64,000 bases of DNA from the human T2T-CHM13v2.0 reference genome, Homo sapiens: the NCBI RefSeq assembly GCF_009914755.1, contig NC_060925.1. The stretch is one strand, 5' to 3'. The position numbers and the translations under genes were made by a program. The notes beneath the pieces are model-generated. The model did not search any database. It was not told where the DNA came from and saw only the letters and a program-made list of their open reading frames with translations. Position 1 is the first letter of the stretch; every line of letters starts with the position of its first letter. Positions 53,640 through 64,000 of the stretch are shown piece by piece.

Positions 53640-55341
53640 CTAAACAAGGAGGTGAAAGACTTCTACAAGAAAATCTACAGAACATTGCTGAAAGAAATCA
53701 TAGACAACACAAACAAATGGAAACACATCCCATGCTCATGAAGGGTAGAATCAATATTGTGAAAATGACCATACTGCCAAAAGCAATCTACAAATTCAAT
53801 GCAATTCCCATCAAAATACCAACATCACTCTTCACAGAACTAGAAAAACAATCCTAAAATTCACATGGAACCAAAAAACAGCCCTCATAGCCAAAGCAAG
53901 ACTAAGCAAAAAGAACAAATCTGGAGGCATGGCATTACCTGACTTCAAACTATACTATTGAATATAAGGCCATAGTCCCCAAAACAGCATGGTACTGGTA
54001 TAAACATAGGTGGATACACCAGTGCAACAGAATACAGAACCCAGAAATGAAGCCAAATACTTACAGCCACATGGTCTTCAACAAAGCAAATAAAAGCATA
54101 AAGTGAGAAAAGGATACTCTGTTCAACAAATGGTGCTGGGATAATTTTCAAACCACATGTAGAAGAATGAAACTGGATCTTTATCTCTCACCTTATAAAA
54201 AAATCAACTCAAGATGAATCAAAGACCTAAATCTAAGGCCAGGAATCATAAACATTCTAAAAGAAAACATTGGAAAAACCCTTCTAGACATTGGCTTAGG
54301 CAAAGAGTTCATGAGCAAGAACCCAGAAGCAAATGCAACAAAAACAAAGATAAATAGATGGAACTTAATTAAACTAAAAAGCTTCTGCACAGCAAAAGAA
54401 ATAATTGGCAGAGTAAACAGACAACCCACAGAGTGGGAGAAAATCTTTGCAAACTATGCATCTGACAAAGGGCTAATATCCAGAATCTACAAGGAACTCA
54501 AACAAATCCATAGGAAAAATAACAAAAACAAATAATTCCATCAAAAAGTGGGCTAAGGACATCAATACACAATTCTCAAAAGAAGACATACAAATGGCCA
54601 ACAAACATATGGAAAAATGCTCAACATCACTAGTCATCAGGGAAATGTAAATCAAAACCATAATGTAATACCAACTTACTCCTGCGATAATGGCCATAAC
54701 TTAAAAAATCAAAAAATAATGGATGTTGGTGTGGATGTGGTGAAAGGGGAACACTTTTACAATGCTGGTGGGAATGTAAACTAGTACAATCACTATGGAA
54801 AACAGTGTAGAGATTCCTTAAAGAACTAAAAGTAGATCTACCATTTGATCCAGCAATACCACTATTGAGTATCCACCTGGAGGAAAAGAAGTCATTATAG
54901 GAAAAAGACACTTACACATGCATATTTGTAGGAGTCCAATTCTCAATTGCAAAAATATGGAACCAGCCCAAATACCCATCAGTCAATGAGTGTACACACC
55001 ATGGAATACTACTCAGCCATAAAAAGGAATGAAAGCTGGATGGAGTTGGAGACCATTATTCGGGGTGAAGTAACTCAGGAATGGAAAACAAAATATCATA
55101 TGTCCTCACTTATAAGTGGGAGCTAAGCTATGAGGGTGCAAAGGCATAAGAATGATACAATGGACATTGAGGAATCAGGGGGAATGACGGGATGGGGCTG
55201 AAGGATAAAAGACCACATATTTGTTACAGTGTAAACTGCTTGGGTGATGGGTGCACCAAAATCTCATAAATCACCACTAAAAACACTTATCCATGTAACC
55301 AAACACCACCTGTTCCCCAAAAACCTACTGAAACTTACAAA

Positions 55342-56130
55342 ATGAGCAGACATATAAATAATTATTTCCGGATTCTCAACTCTGTTCCATTTATCTCTGT
55401 GTCTATCCTTATGCCAGTATCACACCATCTTGATCAATGTCACTTTGTAGTAAATTTTGAAATTGGGAAGTGTGAGTCCTACAACTTTTTTTTTTTCTCA
55501 AGATCGTTTTGGCTATCTTTCTATATGAATTCCTTTCTATATTAGTTTTAGGGTCAGCTTGTCAGTTTCTGCAAAAGAAAAAAGCAGCTGGGGTTTTGAT
55601 AGAAATCATATCAAATCTATAGATCAAATTGGGGATTATTGGCATCTTAATAATATTGTCTTCTAATCTCTGTACTTGAGATGTCTTATTATTTAGTTAG
55701 TTCTTTAATTTCTTTCAATAATGCTTGGTAGTTTTCAGTGTATAAATCTTACACTTCTTTTGTTAAATTTATTCCCAAGTATTTTATTCTTTTGATGCTG
55801 TTGTAAATTGAATGGATTTCTTATTTTCATTTTGGATTTTTCATTGCTGGTGTGTAGAAATCTAATTATTTTTTGTATATTAATCTTGTATCCTGCACCT
55901 TGCTCAACTTATTAGTTCTGATAGTGTGTGTGTGTGTGTGTGTGTGTGTTTGTGTGTGTGTTCCTTAGGATTTTCAATATACAAAATTATGTCATTTACA
56001 AATACAAATAGTTTTACTTCTTCCCTTCCAGTATGGATGCTTTTTGTTATTCTTTTTTTGCTTAATTATGCTCAGGACACCAGTACAATGATGAATAGAA
56101 ATGCTGAGAGTGGACCTCTTGTCTTGTTTG
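55342..56130 (-). mobile_element. Continuation of the ancient L1M ORF2, containing (TG)n at about 55924-55960
   Basis: Resumes the reverse L1 interrupted at 50446 (ATTTCCGGATTCTCAACTCTGTTCCATT). Confidence 0.8.
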
Positions 56131-57139
56131 TACTTTTATTTGATTTGCTACTAACTGCGGATTGAAGGTCTAGACACTGTGAAGTTTATGGTGGTTATAG
56201 GTTTTTGTGTAGTAGAGGGGTATCCTGCAGGATGCTAACTACTTTTGTCCCTAAGCTAGCTAGTTTATTCCAACTCTCCACCCACCAGTGCTTCTACTAC
56301 CCCCATATGGCTCCTCATTCATGAGTAGATAGATCTTTCAAACATGTTCATTCTCCACTTGTACAAGAGTGCTGTTTTTTCACCCTTTAATGCTATACTG
56401 TGACATAAGGACAATTGCACAACACACATTTTGTTAAAACCCATCATCTGTGCTCCATGCCATTGGCTAGAACTCAGTCACCCAACCCCACATCAATGCA
56501 AAGGAGGGTAGACTATGTTATCTACATGCATGTGGACTTGGAATCTAGCATCAGTCCCTACCATACGACAAAACCCTCTGCTCAGAAGTTTGGGAAACAT
56601 AACATGGGTGAAAGACTCACCACTGCCATCATTCCTCTTTCCTTCCCAGTTTCCACCTTGAGAGAGAAGCTCTACCTTTGAAAATGTCCAGAATAGCACA
56701 TGGACCTCCAACATATTCTGTCTTCCTGTCTAGGCTCAAACTATTTCTACTCATAACTTCTCCTTTAAACAACTTCAAAACACCACTTAGCTGTCTGACT
56801 GCAACAACATTCTTGAAGCAGGGGAATACTCCTTGGCTTCATGCAGTGAGGTGGCCAAGGGTCTCCATCTTGGTGCCTTGGAGGAAAAGGCTTTCTGCTC
56901 TGGTGGGTTTGAATAGAAGTTTCCAGGGAACTTGCTCTCCATTGTCACCAGTTCAGGGAGCTGAGCCCCTTCCTGGATTTCCTTCAAGCCATTCATCTCA
57001 GCACCAGATAGAAGCAACATTGAATAACACTTCTGGGGCCAGGGTCTGTGGGGAGCTAAGTGAGCTCAGAAGAGACATAATCCTACAGAATGTCTCTAGA
57101 AGGGGCTTTGAAGTCTTGGAGTCACTGAACAGACATATT

Positions 57140-57955
57140 TATCTTAGTCCATTTTGTGTTGCTATAACAGAATACCACAGACTGGGCAATTTATAAAGAA
57201 AAGAACTTTATTTCTTACAGCTTTGGAGACTGGGAAGTCCAAGAGCATGGCACCAGCATCTGCTCAGCATCTGGCCAGGGCCTTCTTGCTGCATCATCCC
57301 ATGGTGGAAGGTGGATGGTCAAGAAAGCACAGGGGAGAGTCAGAGGAGAAGAGGCCCAAACTCATCATTTTATCGGGAGTCCACTCCCATGATAACTAAT
57401 CCATTCTTTTGATAACTAACCTATTCCCATAATTAGGTATTAGTCCTTTTCACACTGCTACAAAGAACTGAAACTGGGTAATTTATAAAGGAGATAGGTT
57501 TAATTGACTCACAGTTTAGCATGGCTGGGGAGGCCTCAGGAAACTTGCAATCATGGCAGAAGATAAGTGGAAGCAAGGCACCTTCACAAGGTGGCAGGAA
57601 GGAGAACGAACACAGGATACACTACCAAACACTTATGAAACAATCAGATCTTGTGAAAACTCACTCACTATCATGAGAACAGCATGGGGGAAACCGCCCC
57701 CATTATCCATTTGCCTCCACCTGGTCTCTTTCTTGACATGTAGGGATTATAGAGATTATGGAGATTATAATTCAAGATGAGATTTGGGTGGAGACACAAA
57801 GCCTAACAATATCACATTATAATGGCATTAATCCATTAATGAGGGCAAAGCCCTCAGGACTTAACTACCTCTTAAATGTCTTGCCTTTCAACACTGTTGC
57901 ATTGGGATCAGGTTTCCAACATATGAACTGTGGGGAACACATTCAAATCATAGCA
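57140..57955 (-). mobile_element. MST-type LTR with a nested THE1D/MSTA-type LTR (57436-57814)
   Basis: TCTTAGTCCATTTTGTGTTGCTATAACAGAATACC to CACATTCAAATCATAGCA; the inner LTR has TSD AATTA/CATTA. Confidence 0.85.
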
Positions 57956-58794
57956 ATTTCCCTTTAGGGGACATGCCCAGGAGTTTTTCTGTTGGAGACA
58001 CGTGCTGGTGAGGACACATGGATTCTGGGTTGACTCTTTTGATGGATTTTGAAGATTTGTCTATCTCCATTGTATTAACAGGCCTCCTGGGACAGAAGAG
58101 GCACACTGGCCTGGGTGGGTGTAGATGCAGCCTTAGGTGGCCATCTGAGCTGCTGCCATCTGCTCAGGTCCTATTCACCATCCATGTCAGCATCACCAGG
58201 GTCTGCCTGCCTCTCTGTGCCCACCAAAAGGAGCCTTCTGAAGACATCTTGAGGATCTGGGTTGTTTCCACTGCTATGACTGCACCTGTCACCCTTTTCC
58301 TTAAAGCCTCTTTGTCCCTTCTTGGTGTTCTTGTTCCTCTGCTGAAACTTACTCACTTTAAGCTGTAAAGATCTATGTTTCTTCTCTGTCCTTGAGGTCA
58401 TCTCTGGTCACATCTATGAGTTAATCATAATCACCATCACATACTAGATCTTGGGTGTATTCTCCTAATCAGTGGATTTATATGAAAGTGCAGAGTAGTC
58501 TTGACCTAATGTTCCCAAGAAATCTCTGAGATGTTACAGATAATCAGAAAGAATTTTTTGTAAAGGAAAACTTGCAACTTATTGGTGAAATTTCACAGGA
58601 GGCAGGAGCCACACCAGGACTGTGACACTCTCTCCCTTTGCATCCCCACCTTGCTTCTCCTATACTAACTTGGTAGCAGAGAGCAGACCAAGGAAAGCAG
58701 AAGATGGCAGAGGAAGAGATGGCTCCAGGTAGCAAATGCAGTGAAAATCACACCCCAAGGCCAATCTATGGGCAGGTTGCCATGAACCCCACTT

Positions 58795-59765
58795 ATTCCT
58801 CTAGCAAATACATATTGAGCACCTGCTTTGTGCCAGGCCCTGGAGACCCACCAAACAGAGAAGAATCTTTCTCCACATGGAGTTAACTTTCTACTGGAGA
58901 AGACAGACAACGAACGGGTCAAATAGATAGAATGCATTATAATTTAATGTTGATAAGTCCGAAGAATAATGGATCAGGGAAGAGGGACAGAAAGTGTGGA
59001 TGGGGGGATGCAATTTCAGAAGGTGTTACCTAAGAAGGTGGTATTTGAACAAAGACATAATATTTGGGGAAGTGAGCTATGTGGATGTCTAGGAGAGGAT
59101 GTCCAGGCATTGGGGGCTGTAAGGGCAGTGCCCTAAAGATACAGAGGAGGCCAGAATGATAGGGAGGGGCAGTGGTCACTGGAGTAGCAGGAGATGGGGA
59201 CAGGAAGGTCATGGAGCAGGTCACATAGAGCTGTCCATGTGGGTCCCTGAGTGAGATAGGAGAGGATGTGTGCATGGGGTGATGTGATAGAACTTACATC
59301 TTATAAGGCTCTCCCTGGTTGCCCTGATAGACCACAGAGGGCCTGGGAAAGAGGGATGTCCATTAGGAAGCTGTTGCAGTGATCCAGGTGAGAGCAGATG
59401 GAGATGTGGGTCATAGCGTTTTAGTGCAGGTGGTAAGCAGAGAGTGGATGCTGGATATATTTGTAGAGTCAAATAATCTGCTGATGGGTTGGATGAGGGG
59501 TAGAAGCAAAAGGTAGGAGCCAAGGACAACTTTTGGTTTCAGCACTTGGAAGAACAGAGAGGTGATTTACTGAGATAATAAGGAGCATAGAATGAGCTAT
59601 TTGGGGACTATTACAGATTTGAGGCATTTCTTAGAAATCCTACATGGAGATGTCATGTAGACCATGGGAGGTTTGTATCTGGAATTAAGGGGCAAGGTCA
59701 GGGCTGGAGATATTAATTTGGGAGCCATTGACAGATGGAAATAAAAGGCATGGGAGTGGATGAGA
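58795..59765 (-). mobile_element. L2 3' region
   Basis: CAAATACATATTGAGCACCTGCTTTGTGCCAGGC followed by purine-rich reverse L2 sequence (GGGCTGGAGATATTAATTTGGGAG). Confidence 0.8.
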
Positions 59766-59769
59766 GCAT

Positions 59770-59995
59770 TAATCATAACTGCTGACATTTATTGAATGAA
59801 TCCCATGTGCCAGACACTGCATTAATTTCTTTACCTTTATCAACTCATTCAATTTGTGCAACCATCCTATGTAGTGGGTGTTCTTGTTTGTCCTTCTTTT
59901 TACAGGTGAGGAAACTGAAGTGTAAAGAGGTTACATAAGTTAGCTGAAATTCTTAAAGGTAGCCACTGTTGGGGTGAGATTTTAAATCCAGGCAG
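59770..59995 (-). mobile_element. MIR
   Basis: TTTTACAGGTGAGGAAACTGAAG core. Confidence 0.75.
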
Positions 59996-60784
59996 AGAAC
60001 TCCTGAGAACTATCCAAGGCTGAACTGAGGGCAGCTCCCAGCCTCCAGCCAGGAAAAATCCAGGCCCTCAGTTCTACAGCAGCAAGAAAATAAATTCTGC
60101 CAACAACCTGAGGGTGTGCAGAAGCAGATCCTTCCCCAGTCGAACCTCCAGATGGAAACACAGCCCAGTCCAGCCAGCAAGTTGATTGTTATCTTGTGTG
60201 AGACCCTCTCCCTGTCACAACTTGCATAAAATATTTTTCTTTGCTTCTTTTATTCTTTCAAGCAGCACTTGATATTCATTTTAAACTGGCTTTGCTGCTC
60301 AACAATGTTTTGTTTGGGAGTGGTGTGTGCATGCATATATGTTTTCTAGAGATATGTCAGATTGTGGAAAGTACAGGGAGCATGGCGTTAGGCTCTGTGC
60401 ACAAGGTGAGAAGTTCAGCCACACCATTGTGTTTCTCTACACAACATCAAGGAACCAGATACCAGGCCTGGATGAAGCCCAGCCTTGGAAATTGGAAGAT
60501 GCCAGCCCCCTTCAGTTCCTTAAACAAGGATCCCTGGATTGTAATCTCCACAAGAGCAGGGCATGTCTGCCTCATCTATCATTGTATCTCCATTGCCAAC
60601 CTCAGTGCTGAATATCTGTGGGGTAAATGAAAGCATGGGAATTTGAAGAGCCACCCATAGAAACTGTTTCCTCAAGCTATCCCTCCTTTTCAGTGTTCAC
60701 AGAACCCATACTTTGCTCAGAAGATTTTAAGTTTCCATCACAGCTGATGATGGAAAGTTTGGGCACAGCATGACTTTGTCTTTT

Positions 60785-61900
60785 GTTCAGATCTCACACA
60801 AGGCTGCAGTTGAGTTATTGGCTGGGGTGTGTTCTCATCTGGAGGTTCGACTGGGGAGAGATCTGTTTCCAAGCTCTCTCAGGTTGTGGGCAGTTGGGAC
60901 TGAGGGCACAGCAGTTTGTTGGCTGTTGGCTGGAGGCTGCTTTCAGGTTCTAGAAGATGCCCACAGTTCCTTGCCAGGTGGGCACCCTCCACAGGGCTGC
61001 TTAAGGTATCAAGCTAGCCAGGAGAATCTCTGGCACCAATCTACTAAGACAGAGTGTTTTATTTTTAATTTTTTTAAATTTATATAAATGTATGGGGTAT
61101 AGGTGTAATTTTCTTACATGAATAGATTGTGTAGTGGTGAAGTCAGGGCTTCTAGAGTATCTGTCATCCTAATAACGTATATTGTGCCCATTAAGTAATT
61201 TCTCATCATCTATCCCCTTCCCACCCCCTCACACTTCTGAGTCTCTATTACCTATCATTCCACACTCTATGTCCATGTTCTCACTTATAAATGGGAGCAC
61301 ATTATTTAGCTTCCATTTGTAAGTGACAACATGTGATATTTGTTTGTTTCTGAGTTGTTTCTCTTAAGATAATGGTCTCCAGTTCCAAACATGCTGCTGT
61401 GAAAGACGTGATTTCATTCTTTTTATAACTGGATGGTAATCCATTGTGTACATACACCACATTTTCTTTATCTCTTCATCCATCGATGGACATTTAGGTT
61501 GATTCCACATCTTTGCTATCGTGACTAAACATATGAGTGCAGGTATGTATGTTTTTGATATAATGATTTCTTTTCCTTTGCGTAAGATACCCAGTGGTGG
61601 GATTGCTGATTTGAATGAAAATTCTATTTTTATTTCTTTGAGACATCGCCATAGTATTTTCCACAGAAGTTGTACTAATTTACATTCCCTTCAACAGTGA
61701 TAAGCATTCCCTTTTCTCTGTGTCCTCATCAATTTCAAAGTATTTTATAACCGAATCATAGGAGTGACTTCCCATCACCTTTCCTGCATTCTACTAGTTA
61801 AAAGCAAGTCACAGGTCCCTTCCACACTCCAGTGGAGGGGACCCCACAAAGATGTAGACACCAGGAGCTGGGACCCTGCTAGGGAGCATAACTTCTGCCA
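60785..61900 (-). mobile_element. Old MLT1 LTR interrupted by an L1MA 3' fragment (about 61056-61735)
   Basis: TCTCACACAAGGCTGCAGT..CTCATCTGGAGGTTCGACTGGGG; L1 segment GTGTACATACACCACATTTTCTTTATC; LTR resumes with GCAAGTCACAGGTCC. Confidence 0.7.
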
Positions 61901-63086
61901 GTTGTCTGGGGTCATTGAGGGGATCATCTCTTTCAGGAAGGTTCATGGTTTCCTGTGCTCATCTCCATGTTATGTTGGAAGGAGGGAAATCTCTGCTACT
62001 CTGAATTCAGAGGAGGGGTTTTCATGGACATTTTTGGGGTTGAAATCAGCCAAGCATCTCCTGTAGGCACTGAAACCAGACCATTGGCAGTCCAGGTCCC
62101 CAGGAAGCTGGCATGCTCCTGGAGGAGACATATGATAAACAACTAGATCAATACATAGAGATCATTTCAGCTAGAGATGATGTGTGAAGGAAATAAGCAG
62201 AGTGATGTGGTACAGATCGACAGGCAGGGGCAGAGCCTCCAGTGGAGTGATAGGCGAGGCTCCTCTCAGCAGGTGGCACATGACCCGCTCTGTGTTGGGG
62301 GGCTTTGGAACACATCCTTTCCTGTCTCTCTTGCCCCTTCCAGTTGTGTCATTCAGCCTCAGCAGCAGCAGGAGAGGCTGATCTGCCGCCAAGCAGTTGA
62401 CATGATTATGCAAGTCTTTCAGCAAATGAGCTGTCTTTTTTGTAGTCAGTAGTCAGGACCCCCAGGCTTCTATGCCACCCATGCCTTTGGATTTCTGACA
62501 CATTTCCTCAACACTAGCATGTGTCCAGGGTCCTCAGTGCCACAGTCCCTCCTCTTGGGAGACAGGTTTCTGCTTAACATTTTATACATCCTGGAAATTT
62601 AAATATTTTTCAAGAGGCCAAAAGAAGAACAACCGTAATAAGTGAGTGTTTGGTGAAGAGGTGCCAGATCCAGAGAACATGGCTGGTAGGGAGATATTAA
62701 GCCAAGGAGCCCTCTGACAGCTCATCCTGTACCTGGCTCACATTGTCCATACTGGCTATGGACAGTCTGTGTTGGAGGGAGCACGCTCTGTTCACCCTAC
62801 TTACCCTGTTGGTGCAGGAGGGATCCCCCACCCTAAGTTGTGCCAGGTGGTTGGACCTTCAATCCCTGTCACTGAGAGGTGATCAGGGGCTCATCTCTTT
62901 TATGAAGCTTCACGGATCCACAGCATTTATTAGCCACATGTACTCATCACCCAGGGCCGTGCAGGGACCATGTACTCGGGAGCAGAGGGAGCTGGCGGGG
63001 GCTATGGGAGGGGCAAGCTTTGCAGGGACAAGAGGCTGGTGGGTGGCTTCTGGTCCCTTGGGAGGATGGGATTGGCTTGTTTGAAT

Positions 63087-63391
63087 AATTTGTTTTTTGT
63101 TTTCATTTTTTGAGACAGAGTCTCACTCTATCACCTAGGCTGGAGAGCAGTGGTGTGATCACGGTTCCCTTCAGCTTTGAACTCCTGGGCTCAAGAGATC
63201 CTCCCATCTCTACCTCCTGACTAGCTGGGACTACAGGCATGCACCAACACCCCTGGCTACTTTTTAAATTTTTTGTAGAGATGGAGTCATGCTATGTTGC
63301 CTAGGCTGGTCTTGAACTCCTGGGCTCAAGCAATCCTCCCGCCTTGGCATCCCAAAGTATTGGGATTACAGGTGTGAGCCACTGCACCAGG
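63087..63391 (-). mobile_element. AluJ
   Basis: Reverse Alu with CTCCTGGGCTCAAG in both arms. Confidence 0.9.
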
Positions 63392-63599
63392 TCTTGTTTG
63401 AGTAATTTTGTGGGCTGACAGGGAGGCGTAGCTTGAGGATCAGGTGGGAGGCTGCTGGTCTCGCTGATAAAGGAACTGGCCAGGTGGGGGCCTTTCCTGC
63501 GGGGGTCAGGGCACAGCTGGTAAGAGCTGGGAATTCAGTTAGGCCCCTGAGGTGCAAAGCTGCTGAGGATGTACATGAACTTTCAGGCTTCACACTACA

Positions 63600-63738
63600 G
63601 GGGGTTTATCACTGTAGGGAGGTTAGCAGCATCTCCAGCCCCTTCCCCCAAGATTCGAGTACCCACCCCCCATTATGACAACAAAAAATGTCTCCAGGAG
63701 AGGTGGGGGCCAAATATGATTTGGTTGAGAACCAGTGG
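63600..63738 (+). mobile_element. MER20 fragment
   Basis: TGACAACAAAAAATGTCTCCAG...TGGTTGAGAACCAGTG. Confidence 0.7.
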
Positions 63739-64000
63739 TCCAGGTTGACCATATTCTGGAGTCAGCACTTGCAGCTAGGTGGTCATACCCATAGGATGCT
63801 TTCGGGGGCTTGCTGCTTCCATGAGGATGATGTAAAACTTCTTTATGGTGGCTCCCAGGAGCCTCTGCACCATCACCTTCGCCACTTCATCCACCATGTC
63901 AGTTGCGTGAGTCCCTGGCCTCACCTGATGGGGCTATTCATGGTCCTAAACTCATTACAGTTTTTCCAGTTTCAGACCCCTGCTCCTGTGAACCCCTCTA

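Noticed and set aside
56450-58790. Possible MaLR internal sequence around the MST LTR, including a 172-aa ORF at 56678
   Set aside because: Too diverged to delimit or name by eye; the ORF has no recognisable motif.
62640-62880. Fragment resembling an integrase zinc-binding or polycystin-like segment (QLILYLAHIVHTGYGQ)
   Set aside because: Only a few residues of resemblance, with an in-frame stop; not supportable without a profile search.

Overview
This is catarrhine-primate (most likely human) intergenic or intronic DNA, dominated by interspersed repeats. I find no intact cellular protein-coding gene, and almost all ORFs in the track are Alu, L1 or low-complexity artefacts. The informative core is a retroelement cluster at 30.4-43 kb, mostly on the minus strand. 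It holds a 5'-truncated EEF1D processed pseudogene, MER4- and MER48-type LTRs, a solo LTR7, an MLT2A LTR and a 6.5-kb env-containing HERV-H inserted into an old L1MA. The HERV-H is unusual: both ends keep a perfect 5-bp target-site duplication (GTTAC), yet the 3' LTR is entirely absent (the element stops in the polypurine tract at a CA) and the 5' LTR is reduced to about 32 bp. It also carries at least eight TGG-to-TAG stops, an APOBEC3G-like footprint. A same-strand THE1 LTR lies 80 bp upstream and the solo LTR7 lies 2.5 kb downstream. The rest is Alu/MIR/L2/MaLR-rich DNA (1-30 kb), a nested L1M/L1PB mosaic (43-56 kb) and older repeats with a short unique tail (56-64 kb). Subfamily labels come from recalled consensus sequences and need RepeatMasker/Dfam confirmation.
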